A DNA stretch of 64,000 bases from the NCBI GenBank assembly GCA_054600435.1, contig BAAIJX010000067.1, positions 1 through 64,000 of the forward strand. Direction: 5' to 3'. This document shows, piece by piece, positions 1 to 12,070 of this stretch; within the stretch, counting starts at the first letter, position 1; each line of letters starts with the position of its first letter. The stretch comes from Neophaeotheca triangularis (Eukaryota). Made by a program: the position numbers and the translations under genes. The notes under the pieces are model-generated. The model saw only the letters and a list, made by a program, of their open reading frames with translations. It did not search any database and had not been told where the DNA came from.

Positions 1-174
1 AAAAGCCCCCTTCCATCTGCACCCGCGAGCTTCACCTCCCCACCACCTTCCCCAAAGAACCACCACCCCTCACCTACGCCACCTCACCCGCGTCACTCCC
101 AACCCCCCATCATCCCCGCATAAGCCCTTAAAAAAAAAAAAAAAAAAAAGCTAACCTCCCCCCCCCACCTTCAG

Positions 175-396
175 GCCCGCCTCGCCCGCAACTCCGTCAC
201 CCTCTCCAACTTCCAGCGGCCCTTGCAAATCAGCACTTTCATCAAAGACTTGCACGCCGGTTTCCAACTGTTGAATTTGAAAAACGACTCGCTACGGAAG
301 CGGAGCGATGGGGTCAAGTACCGGGTCAAGGAGGTCGAGGATGTGGTTTATGATTTGAGTTTGAGGGGGTTGGTTGGTGGGGGTGGGGGGGAGTAG
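175..396 (+). CDS. TSN: Translin family protein, last exon (5' part lies outside the window)
   Basis: After branch point CTAAC (151) and acceptor CAG (172-174) the frame reads ARLARNSVTLSNFQRPLQISTFIKDLHAGFQLLNLKNDSLRKRSDGVKYRVKEVEDVVYDLSLRGL, the conserved translin C-terminus. TAG at 394-396. Confidence 0.9.
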   Translation, partial: ARLARNSVTLSNFQRPLQISTFIKDLHAGFQLLNLKNDSLRKRSDGVKYRVKEVEDVVYDLSLRGLVGGGGGE

Positions 397-1717
397 GGTA
401 GAGTAGAGTAGAGAGTAGAGAGTAGAGAGGGGGAAGGGGAGGTGGATCAGGCTGAATGTGTGGGGAGTGGTTTGCGGAGGTGTGCGCGGTTGAGACTCAT
501 AGGTAGCTAGCCTCGGATACTATTCGCTCGGATTGCGTCGAATGGGGGGAGTGTCGCTGCGAACTGTGATCCAAGACCTCTAATTTCCTTTTCCGCTCAA
601 GCGGAAGCAACAAAGCTGCTTATATCCGGGAGTCTGTCATCGATCTATGCAGTAGGATTCGGGGCTTTTGGCCAGACTGGCTGGGGATTCGTTGGCTCTA
701 AGGCTTGAGCTTGTGAGGGGAGCCTTGAGAGGGTTGATGGGTCAGTCCAGCCCGTGTCTACCAGTCCCTACCAGCTGACATATAGCCGAACGCCGTCCCT
801 TCTTTCTCGCTTTTCTGGGTGAAGACGACTGCCGCGGCGGAGCGTACAGCCGATGTAAGAGGAACATCGACAATCGCCCGTCCGAACCGAGCAGCGCGAC
901 ACATCTCCTCGTTTTTTTTTTTTGATGTGAACGGCTGACCGACCAAGTGGGGGTATCATTGGAGAAATGGGCGCAACCAGATTATCCCCGTAGGAAAATG
1001 AAGCGGGCTGATGATGGGAGTCGGTAAGGGGTTAGGTCGGGGGTAAGTAACAAGTGTAGCTTTCATTACGGTTGTGGCTACAAGCTGCCGTTTTGCTGAT
1101 TATGTTTCTGTCGAGGTGTTCAGGGCTCAGCCTTATGGATGCTGGAGAGGGCGGCTCTGGGCCTCGGGCGTCTAATATCATGCAGGCTGTCAATGGACTA
1201 TTGGCCAGGTCATCAACAGCTTGGTCTTCTACACTTCTTAAGTTTGAATACTTGCCGTTTCTGATACTTCAAAAGAAACGGGGAAACGGAGCCATGGGGT
1301 TGGATGGAGTGGGACCCTTCCCGTACGCGAAATACCTGGGATGCAGTTTACGTTGAGAGAATGGCCTCGCTGTCTTCGATTACCATTCCCCTTCAACTCA
1401 GTGTCGTCTACAGTGGAAGGGTAGATGGTAGTAACTCGTCCAGTCTGTGTTGTGCAACCCAGCATTGGGGTGTGGGATATGTTGCTTCCCACTCTTTAGA
1501 CGAATGGAAGAATGATGACGGTGATCCGTTTCCTTGTCCTTTTCGGGCTCGGGGCAAAAGGGCGGGGATGACTTTAAATAAGTGGTATTCAGTGTGCTAG
1601 GTATCGTTACATTCTCCTACTGATATATCAAATAAACATGATAGGGACACACATAGCTACGGTAGGTAACGAAAAGAGCGGTAGGTGAGGTACAGTACCT
1701 AGTGGGCTGCTGTCACT

Positions 1718-1790
1718 GCCAAGCCAGGCCAGCCGTGAGACTAGAGGTGTTCGACAGCCACAGCCAGCCACAGCGGCTTAGCACAGCCAC
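1718..1790. promoter_or_regulatory. Cluster of PacC-type (GCCARG) and Crz1-type (CACAGCC/CAGCCAC) motifs upstream of the microprotein gene
   Basis: GCCAAG 1718-1723, GCCAGG 1723-1728, CACAGCC 1759-1765 and 1782-1788, CAGCCAC x3. Motif match only. Confidence 0.35.
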
Positions 1791-2206
1791 GATAAACACG
1801 ACAGCGCCGTCGAGGTCTTCACAAGCACAACCTTAGCTCATCAAGCGTTACTACTACCTTCTTACCCTCCCTTCTCGCCTTCGCCTCGACCTCGTCTCTT
1901 CCAAAACATCTTAAAAATTGCCGTAAGTGGTTCTGCATCCCCAATAGAACCCGGGTAAACGCATTTACTAAATCCAGACCACAGCCCCAGGATCTCATCC
2001 AAGCTCCGTCTCCAAAACCTCCTCAACAACCACCGCTCGGAGCGAACCCACCAGATCAACACCACCCCCAGCTACATCCACTCTCTCTCTCTCTCTGCAT
2101 ACTCTTTCTACCCAGCGAGCTCAAACTACCGCTCGGAACTACCTCTCCAAACCCACGACCTCCACCACTACCAGCAGCCGACCCAACGGTACCGCCACCC
2201 TCAATC

Positions 2207-2705
2207 ATGGGCCTCATGTGGACTAAACACTGGGGCGGCAAACGCATGGGTAAGTGAGAAGTTTCCCTCGATGAAACATCCTCCGATTGTTGCCGTCTCC
2301 ACGACTGCACCAACCACCCTTCCTGCCTAGCAAATTCCTGCTTTCTTTCGCGTATTTCCTACACCCCCAAGCCCCTCAGCTCTCCCATCGTAACCTCCAA
2401 CCACCCGGCACCTGAGTATGGCAGTGTATAGGTCTTGCTACCCTACTTCCATGCTCGTTCTCCTGCCTACCCATCCCTCTCCCACTCCCAAGTTTCTTCT
2501 TCCACGCCCTTCTGCCGCCCCAAAACCAACCCCCCCCCCCCCCACACCCCCACCCAAATCGCGCACAAGGTCCATGTCCCCCAATAAAAAACAATTCTAA
2601 CACCCTCCCTCCTCCAAAACAGGCGGCGGCATCATCGTGGACAAACACGGCGTCCGCCGCGCGCCTTTCCGGTTCAGTTTGGGGAAACTGAATTGTTTCC
2701 GTTAA
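2207..2705 (+). CDS. Two-exon 41-aa basic microprotein MGLMWTKHWGGKRMGGGIIVDKHGVRRAPFRFSLGKLNCFR
   Basis: ATG in good context (TCAATCATGG). Exon 1 2207-2249, donor GTAAGT 2250, branch CTAAC ~2597, acceptor CAG 2620-2622, exon 2 2623-2705 in phase and ending TAA. C-ending codon bias like neighbouring genes. Confidence 0.7.
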
Positions 2706-4758
2706 GAGGAATGGGAGAGATTGAGAAGTGGTTTTGGTTTTGACTTTGGAGTTTCGATTTCGGGTTTCGGGTTTCGGTTTAATGCATTCATTCCTAGGGT
2801 GAAGCGAGGAGTCTATGGAGTTAGAGGAGTGCTTGGCAAGGGTGAGAGGAGGGGTTTGGGGAGTCACTTGGGCTAGGGACTTAAGGAGCGCGTTCGTTGG
2901 GCTGGGATTGCGGACTGTAAATCCAGGGCGGGTGCGGTCCGCAGACTTACCTACCTACTCTACCCTACCCACCTTAACGCTTCCCAAGGCTCTAGTCAGG
3001 AGGCGGGGATGTGACTCGCTCATCAGTCCACTCCCTTTTACCTCCAAACGGACGGCAAACGAGGGACTCAATCGCCGACGTATAGAGGTGCGAGCGTATC
3101 AGTCTTCCGCGCAGTGGTTCTGGCCTTGGCTGGGAGAGTCAGCCGTATCGAGCGAGGTTTCCACTCCACTGAAAAAGGGGAAAGCGGACACTTCTCCTTC
3201 CCGCTTCTGCTACTACACCTGTGGGAAAGGAAGGCGGGTTGCGAGAACGAAGCCGGGAACTTGCTAAGGTCAGATATCCGAGTATACTACAACCCTAACA
3301 ACGACAAAGGAATCTCGAATAGCAGAGCAGAGCAAAGCAAGAAACAAAGCAAAGCAAAGCAAACCTCCCATCCACCGCGGTAAGTACACACGGTAGAAAC
3401 ACAAAGAACAGCGAACTCCGCGCCCACGCTTGTCCGGTCCCAAGACCCAGATGTCTACCTACAAACCTCCAAAAGCCGCGAGCAGACAGTAATAAGTAGT
3501 AAGTACCTTGCACACCGTCCCCACCCTTCCGGAAGCCGCACATATCCCCCCCTGCACACGACTACGGCCCCATGGGCGCTTCCACAGAGGTCAGCAGCCA
3601 GCCAGCCAGCCAGCCAGTCAGCCAACTAACCAACCGGCTACGTAGGCATGCAGGCCAGCGAGCAGCCGAGAAGCCGACAGATAGCGAAAACTGCCGAAGA
3701 CGGCTTTTGGGGACGGGGAGTAGAGGCGCGTGTGCGGTGCCGTTGGTCGACTGCTACAGCTTCTCGCGGCCCTTGGGAAGGATTTATGGTTGGTGGAGGG
3801 GTTTTTGATGTTTTGCTTTGCTTGGGGTTTGGGCCTTTCTTTTCTTTTCTTTTTTTTTTTCTTTCACCGGCGGGTTTGGGGTGCTGGGTTGTTGGGGTGA
3901 CGGCGGAGGAGTAGGGGACGGAGTTGGCACGGCATGAGGGGGGAGAGGGAGGGGCTTGGGAAGGTAAGAGGGTGAAAAGAGAGGGGCTTGGGAAGGTGGG
4001 ATGTTTAGAGGGCGGGGGGGAGGTAAGGGGGTAAGATGGGAAGGATAGGAAAGAAAGGGAGAAACTCATTTACAGAATTTCCTGCTTTGCTTTGCTTTGC
4101 TTTGCTTTGCTTTCCTTGCCTTGCAATCATATCCCATGTCATTCAATCTAATTCGGCTGAACACCTCTCTTGCTTAGACCGGCTCCTGCTAGAGTTAATT
4201 TACTCGTCTCAACTACCACTCCACATTCTCGTAGACCACTGGAAGCACACCACGCCACGCCACGCCACGCCGAACCATACTTGGCAAAAACAAGATCCTC
4301 ATCTCCTCTCCAGTTCGGCCATAGCAAAGGAGGAAAGAAAAGACGTGGTGTAGTGATGATACACATGGACAAGAAAGTATAATATGGTATAATACAACCC
4401 CGGAACCAGCGGCGCAGGGCCTCGCACGGAAGATGCGCGGGAGTCGAGTCGCTTTCCCGCCCATCGCAAGTCCGGGATGGGGGACGAAGGGCGGCAAGAG
4501 GATTTTCGGGGGTAAAGGGGCTCCTCTCTTACAAGAACCCCGAACCCTTCACTCGGCTCAAAAAGTGCCGCCAGCTGCGAAAAGACCGACTGGCAGCAAT
4601 TGCGAACCGCATTACCAGCCCAGCCAGCCACGCAAAAGAAACCCCTTACCCGAACCCCAAACGTCCCCCACTCTTCCCACATTCCCCCCTTCCGCCCTCA
4701 CTTTCCAATCCGCTCAACCGCCTTCTCCCATCCTCTCCCCGAATCCTCTCCACCTCTC

Positions 4759-5227
4759 TTACCTCATACCCCCACTCTGCGCCATAGCGGCATTCTGCTC
4801 CTGGAACCGCTCGCCAAGCCTCTCACTGCTCTTCAAAAACTTATCTACGCACTTCATAACACAGCCCTCTTCCTTCTGCAGCAGGGATTTGGAAGTGAAG
4901 TCGTTGACGCAGTCGTTGAAGCAGCGTTGGACGAGGGTCGTGTACATCTGTTTGTCGGGAGAGGAGAGTCAGCCGGGGAAAGGGGGAATGGGGGGGGGAG
5001 GTTGTAAGGGGGTCGACGCACGTTCATAAAGTCTTTCATTTGTTTCTTTTCCATGCGTTGTTGCAGGTCGCGTTGCTCGGCGGCGTTGAGACTGGGGTTT
5101 GGCGGGGTTGGTTAGTTTGGGGGGTTCTTTTTCTTTTCTTCTTTTTTCTTATTCTTTGCGGTTGAATGGGATGGGGATGAATGGGGCAGGTAGTGAGAAG
5201 GGTGTCTTACCCTTCCATTCCGGACAT
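4759..5227 (-). CDS. TIM9: Mitochondrial intermembrane-space chaperone Tim9 (3 exons)
   Basis: Spliced product [81 protein letters not shown] with twin CX3C motif and canonical splice sites. Confidence 0.95.
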
Positions 5228-5716
5228 TGTGACGAGAGTTGTTTGGTTGTGGCTGTGGGCGTGGTGTTTGCGAGGGTGATGTGGAGGTCTTGGCGACTTG
5301 GTTGGTGGTTGCTAGGGTTGTTCCGTCTTTATGGATGTCGAGTATGGTTGTTGTAGCATTGTGCTCATGGTACGGATAAGGTATGCTCAAAGTCGAAGCT
5401 GCTCGCCGGCTGTTCCTCGGCTTGACTGCAGTGAGGACTGTCATTGGTTGCTCGGTGGAGGGCTTTGAGCTTCCGTGTGGTGAGGTCGTTGCGACTTGTA
5501 ACTTAAGCGACGGGAAAGCATTGCCGGGTTTAAGCTGTTACACGGCTTGAGAAGACCGCAGGATAGTAGGACAAGTAGTATATTTCTATAGGAGATGTGA
5601 ACTTGACACGGTGTACCAGGGTAGCTGAGAATATGCCTTTGTCCATTGCGACTAATGACATTCCGACTATTGTACAGTATGTACCGTACCGTACGGAAAC
5701 GATCGTTCGTTTGTTG

Positions 5717-5763
5717 AATCAATCAATCAATCGTTCAATCAATCAATCAATCAATCAATCAAT
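5717..5763. repeat. (AATC)n microsatellite, one interruption
   Basis: Directly visible tandem AATC units. Confidence 0.9.
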
Positions 5764-7292
5764 ATCCGTTTAGACTCTTAGCAGTCGGTTTGGTAGAATT
5801 CGAGGCGTTTACACATGGTTTAGCTAGGAAGTAAGTACTGATATTCATGAATCATAGAGAATACGACGAGTAAGTAATAATCTGCATCTTTCGTTTTTCC
5901 AGTAGGCAATTGGGTACGGAGCGAATTGATATTTTGATATATCTATCTATGCCTTACAATAGGTATGGCCTGGCTTGGTCTACATAGTCGAGATAGTCAA
6001 GAATTTAGGTAGCCTTGTCTCGGTTCTGCCTTTGATCTTTGCTTGCTGTCGCTACCTACTTCTTAACCCGGTTTCTCTGTTCTTGTCTCTAGGGTGCCCA
6101 CACACTACTAGTACTACTACTATCTATTGCTGTAATAATTATCAGGTCCACCCGCGTCCTGTCTGTAGTACAACCACTACTACCTAGTCTGTTAAGTGTT
6201 CTCTCCCTGCTTCGCAAAAAACAGCACAACAAACAGCCCCGTAGTTACCACCGAGTACTACTAGTCCAACCACCCTGACGGACACGGTACCGAGGATTCA
6301 GTTCAGTATTATTTATTATAAGATTAGACCAACATAAGCGAGCCGCCTCTTACTCTCCACAATTCTATCCATTTCGAGTGAATTATATTGTTATTATTAC
6401 TATCCATTATTATTGATGATTCGAGACTCCCACCGGCGCTAGAGGAAATCTTCATGCTCCCTCAGTAATTATCAATCAATATTAATCTCCCAAATTCCAA
6501 TGGGTCTTTCCAGGTTCTTACCCACGTCGAGGTCTTGGCAAAAGTCCTCAAAGCACCCGACCCGGCCTAGGCAGCCAGCCAGTCAGCCAGTCAGCCAACT
6601 CCAAGTTGGTACTAGGCCCTCCTCTCTCTCTCCAGCCAGCTCTCACTACTCTCTCTCGCGCTCTCTCACATTATTGCGACCTCACCTCAACCTCAACCTC
6701 ACCTCCTCCTCCCCCCAATTTCACTTACTTGGTTACTACTCTGCACCACACCAGCTAGTACTTACCTGATCCTTACCAGCTTTCTGGATATACCGACACT
6801 TGCACACCTCTCTCGCGACCTCCCCGCATTTGGATACAAAACAAACACACCATCTCGTTGTCGCCGCCCCGTCGCGCTTCACCACCAAACCTATCCCGTC
6901 GAGCATCGCTTGTCCAAAGCCTCACTCCCGCGGCGAAATACACGAGGCCTCGCTCGGACAGCGACGCGCGCTCGAGAAACAAACCTAGCGCATCCATTAC
7001 GTGGACAGAGTCATCCAAAAACGGGAAGCTGAGAGCTATTGCGCGCATCCAATCACCTCAACAAGCTATACAGAATACCGCACAACTATCCTAGACACTT
7101 CACTTCCGGCGCCATCCCTCCCAATAAACCGCGAAGCCACAACCACGCGCTGGACAAGCCACCCCTTTTACCGCACGCTCCCTCAAAATACATCGCCGAA
7201 CGAATGTCCTAGCACGCCCTCTAACAGCGCTACTCGCTTCGACAATACAACCTTCATCCACGCAACTTCGCCCAGTTTAACCGCTCACAAAC

Positions 7293-10200
7293 ATGTCAAG
7301 CGGTCTTCCGGCGCAGTCTGTCCTGGGTGGTGGTGGTGTTGGAGGAGGTGCGGCACATACTGCTGCGGCGGCCAGTGAGACTGCGCAAAGTAAGAAGGAT
7401 TTGACCAGTTGGTGGCGCAATTTTAAGCGCAGTGATCGGGATAAGCAGAAGGAGGTGCAAGAGATTGTTCAAGGTGAGCTTCTCCCATATCTTCATGTCT
7501 AGACAGGGTGGACGTCAGATTCTGGAGTTCTCTGGAGGCAGCAAGTGCGCGGGACTCGTCTGCTGAGTGCGCCGAGTGAGGGATACCGGAAGCACTCGGT
7601 GTGTCGTTTCGAGATGAGTAAGAAACTCCATACTGACACGACTTTCTCACCAGCTCCGCAAGGCATCTTCGGTATACCTCTGCAAACGAGTATAAGATAT
7701 GCGAATGTTGCCATCAGTCTCTTCAACGATGAAGGTCAGAGCTACATCTACGGCTACGTACCCATCGTAGTCGCAAAGTGCGGCGTCTTTCTTAAAGAGA
7801 AAGGTAAAACTTACAAGATCCCAACACACGCCCGACTCTGAAGCTCATCATTATCCCCATAGCAACCGATGTCGAGGGAATCTTCCGTCTCTCTGGCTCG
7901 GAGAAGCGCATCAAAGAGCTCAAAGTCGCTTTCGATTCACCCGACCGCTACGGAAAAGGACTGGACTGGACAGGCTACACTGTTCACGATGCCGCCAATA
8001 TCCTCCGTCGCTACTTCAACCAACTCCCGGAACCAATCATCCCCCTCGATTTCTACGAGCGCTTTCGGGAACCGATCAGGAATCACCAAGCGCAGGCTGT
8101 TGGCGCCATGGATGCTCAATCCCCTAGTGTGGGAGAGTTTGACCACGACGCAGCTATCGTAAAGTACCAAAACTACATCACTGAGCTCCCGCCACTGAAC
8201 CGGCAGCTGCTGCTGTACATTCTGGACTTGTTGGCTGTGTTTGCCTCCAAGAGTGATTTGAACAAAATGACTACACCCAATCTGTCGGCTATATTCCAGC
8301 CGGGCATCTTGAGTGCACCGCAGCACGACATGGCACCGCAGGAATACCGTCTCAGCCAGGATGTGCTCATCTTCTTGATCGAGAATCAGGACAGCTTCCT
8401 CATAGGGATGCAGGGAACTGCTGCCGATCCAGAGACTGTCAAGGAAGTGCAGAGTGGTGTCCCAACCCCTACCAAGCCAACCACGCCGACGACGCCAAAC
8501 AGGAACAAGACGATAATTGGACGGACTTCGTCGAACGCTTCCGTCGGTGCTGAGAGTATTCGTCGGTCGGGTGTTTTACGCCGCAACGTTAGTGTCAGCA
8601 GCAAGCATAGCAAGAAGAGTGACGCTTTCACTTCTACACCAATCTCGCCTGGCGGTGCGCACACTCCTACAGGAAATAGCGGTGGGATGCATCGCAGCAA
8701 CACAGTCCCTTCTAAACGGAGTGGCGCAACACAGTCTCCGATGTTTTCGCGCGACAAGCACTCTGATCCTCCCACGCCGAGCCCGAGTACTGTCGCAAAT
8801 ACGCAGGCTGTTACTGCGGACAAGGGAGACAGCTCCATCCAAAGCACTCCCGTCCCACCTACCACGGAGAGATTTGGAAGCGGCCTCGCCATGCCAAAAG
8901 TCACCTCCCCTTCTGCGCCTTCGAGCGAGGGGACGACCCCTCTGGCAGTTAGCAACAGCGACGCTCAGTCTGCGCTGAGCAGGGATACAGCTACTAGCAG
9001 CAGTAGACGCGACACGACCCCTCTCCTCGCTCCACGCTCTACCAGTCAAGTACCCCACGAGCCCCGTGACCGCAACGTAAGCAGCTCGACAACCTCTTCC
9101 CGTGGCTTCCTCGACACCTTTTTCAAGCCTGGCCACGGCGCTGTCGAGACTTCCGATCGCAAGCCCAACAAGCTCCAAAAACGCCGCATCCCCGGATCTG
9201 CTCTTAGCTCCGCACAGTCCTCCAGCCAAAGCCTGCAACACGAGCTCACAAACGAAAGCCAAAATCAGCCTTACTACAGTAATAATCGGGGCGGCTACAA
9301 CTACCCCCAAACCCCCGTCTCCCCCACCTCTCCAACAACCGAAAACCCTTCTCCCATCGAAGAGGCCTACTACACTCCCGCACAATCCACTCCGATCCAC
9401 ACTCTTCCCACCAATCCCCTCGCTGTAGCCGGCGCAACTGCCCCAACCCCACAACGCATGCCCACCGACGCGACCCTTCGCCCCTGTTCTCCTACCCACT
9501 CCTTCACCAGCGCCAGTCGCACCAGTGTCACAGACATTAGCGACGCAGATATGGTTGGCGACGACATGCCCCCGCCAGCTACGCCTTCCTACCACACCCA
9601 ACGTGGACAAAGTGAAAGCAGCAGCGCCGGTGGTGGAGGTGCAGGTGGAAGCAGTGTAGGCGCCAAAGAGAAGAAGAGGCACCGCTGGCGCTTCTCTAGA
9701 CATGAGCGGCAGCAAAACACACCTGGGGATCAGTCGCAGCAGAAATACAGCGAAAGGGATGCCCCGGCTTCCGCAGGAGGTACCGGCTATGCAACAGCTC
9801 TGGCAGGCAGCAGCCGTAGCACCGTCGGTAGTGGCAGCGCAGGCAACCGCCGCAGTTTCCAAGAAGCCGCCGCCCCTCTGTCGTACACAGACCAAAACAA
9901 CACGCCCACGCACGCGCCACCACCTCCACCCGCCACGAGCGCGGGTTTCACTTCCACTCCCACCACAGCTGCCGGTACTGCCAGCGATACCGGCGTCTTT
10001 TCCGACAGTGAGCGCGAAGCAGGTGGCACGGGCGGCAAGAGAGGTCTCTTCTCCCGCTTTCGCAGCAAGATTCGCGAGAGGGGCAAGACAACGTCCTCTG
10101 CTTCTGGAGGCGAGGGCGGGGGAAAAGGCAGCGAGAGTGTCGAGAGCAGTCGTGGAAGGGGGGAGAGTTTTGGCGAGCAGCGGAGGGAGAAAGACCGGGA

Positions 10201-11206
10201 GGAGCGGAAGATTGAGAGCGACATGCCAGTCAGAAGTGCCGGCCGGGAGGAGCAGGTACTGTCTGGAGAGCAAGGACAACACCAGCAACAGCAACAACTA
10301 CAACAACCTCACGCCGTCCAGACTTCGACCCCCACGATCCGGGAAACTGAGGAGTCCACAACCGCCGCCGTCACAACTGACCCTTCTCGCCCTTCTCAAC
10401 TCGCCGTCATGGTCCCCCAGACCGAAGACCAGCCCGTCTCAACATCACCAACCGCCGAGACCGCTCCCAGCCTCGAACCTAGCCAGCGCGACGTCAGCGC
10501 CGGTCTGGGAGCGGGTGATGTTGTTCCGCTACCACAAGAGCCTGCGACTACAGGCTTGGGAGGTAATGGCACTGCTGTAGAGAGGACCAGTGGTGACGGT
10601 GAAGCGGTTGGCGCGAGAGACGATGGCAGCGTTACGGTTGCTACTGTCGATTCCGCCCCTCCCGCCACTTCTTTGAATGCTTTGCCAACTTCTGCTGCTG
10701 CTGGTGGGGTAGGTACGGGTGTGGGTACGGGTTTGGGCGCTACAGGCGCTGCTGCCACCGATCTGGGGACTGCCATTTCCGCGCCAACCGAGACGAACTC
10801 TACTGTTGTCGGTTCTGCGCCGACTTTGGTGGCTGTGGATGAGGCGGCCACGGTTGATACTGGCTCTACCGCTGCTGCTGCTGCGAGCGGAGTTGAGCCG
10901 GTGGGGGGTGCGGTTGAGGGTCCAGGGTCGGGCCAGGGTCAGGGTCAGGGTGATGGCCAGGCGGAGCTGGCGGGAATGGGAACGGGAATGGCCCCCAGTG
11001 ACGCGGACGCGAAGGCTACCGAAGAAACTGCCGGGCGTGGGTTGAGTGAGACTGAGACTACGGCCGCTACTGCGACTGAGGACGCTGCTGCTGCTCCCGG
11101 GCTAGACAACGAAGTGGATCGTGGTGTCGTGGCTGAATCGGGGCCTGGGATTTCAACCGAAGGTCCCTTGGGCGAGGACCAACCGACTCCGAAGCCTAGG
11201 ACTTAG
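7293..11206 (+). CDS. Rho GTPase-activating protein, Sac7/Bag7-like (exons 7293-7473, 7654-7803, 7863-11206)
   Basis: GIFGIPLQ...YGYVPIVVAKCGVFLKEKATDVEGIFRLSG (arginine finger) ...RQLLLYILDLL...NKMTTPNLSAIFQPGIL is a RhoGAP domain, followed by a long low-complexity tail. Confidence 0.9.
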
Positions 11207-12024
11207 AACTTGAGATGCCCGAGGCGGAGTTGTTTGGTGGGGTGGGTGGAGAGATTCCGGGGCTCTTTTGGATCTGGTTAATGGGAGGAAGAGGAAGAAG
11301 AAAGAGGAAGAAGAAGAAGAAGAAAGACGGACGGGGCTCTCTCTTACTGTTGCATCTTTGCCGCCGCTGGGCCCGGGTTCTGGCTTCCGACGGTGGGTTT
11401 GCTTGGTGGCACGGCTTGCGGGTTCCTCCCAAAGTCCATGCCAGCTGTTTGAGGGCGCGTGGAGGCAACGTGGAGACAGCGTGGAGGCTCATTTGTGGAG
11501 TTGGCTGCCTCGCGGTTCGCATCTCTAACCTCGGTGTGGCTGGGTTACCAGAACAGGGCGTGGCATGGGTTGGTTGAAAAAGCCTTGGTCGGTCGGGCGG
11601 CTGGGCTGGGAGGGAGTCTTTTGGGAAGTCGTTTTCCCCTGGCAAGAGGTTTTGCGAAGGTGCTGCTCTTTTTTTTTTTTTTTTTTTTTGACGGGGTGTG
11701 TTCTTTGTAGTGGGAGGGGGGAGGTCGTTTTTGGGTCGGTCTGGACGGATGGTATGGTATATTCGACCGCGTGCTCTAGGGAGGTGTTCCTAGGGACCTC
11801 TCGAATGTACAATCTGGGTTTCTGGGTTTTCTTGAAGTTCTACCGTTCTAGGACTCTAGGGTTCAGGCCTATAGCCGTCTCCCCGAAATTTCTGCACCTG
11901 CTGTCCCGGGTCCGACCCGGGTCTTGGTTCTTGCTTTGCTGCTTTCCCGAATCTTTCATTCTTTTCCCTTTTGTCCCCTTCGAAGGCCCTTTTTGACGTG
12001 AGGATGAGTAGAACTGGCAGACTC

Positions 12025-12070
12025 ATGTTTGATGTTCTATGTTTTATGTTTTATGTTCGATGTTCAATGT
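12025..12070. repeat. Degenerate 7-bp tandem repeat (ATGTTYN)n
   Basis: atgtttg atgttct atgtttt atgtttt atgttcg atgttca atgt. Confidence 0.75.

Noticed and set aside
1072..1600. Overlapping short ORFs downstream of translin
   Set aside because: Non-ATG or weak starts, no motifs and no splice support.
3290..3299. CAACCCTAAC template-like word upstream of splice donors
   Set aside because: Only ~80-200 nt from the donors, too little room for a fungal telomerase RNA, and a short match is expected in C/A-rich DNA.
3330..4113. (AAAGC)n at ~3330-3362 and (GCTTT)n at ~4084-4113 as possible terminal inverted repeats
   Set aside because: Simple pentamer microsatellites that also occur elsewhere (~45194); no target-site duplication or transposase.
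8576..10297. 573-aa minus-strand ORF, and similar long antisense ORFs over URB2, the NRPS and the hydrolase
   Set aside because: Antisense shadows of real GC-rich genes with no domain signal.
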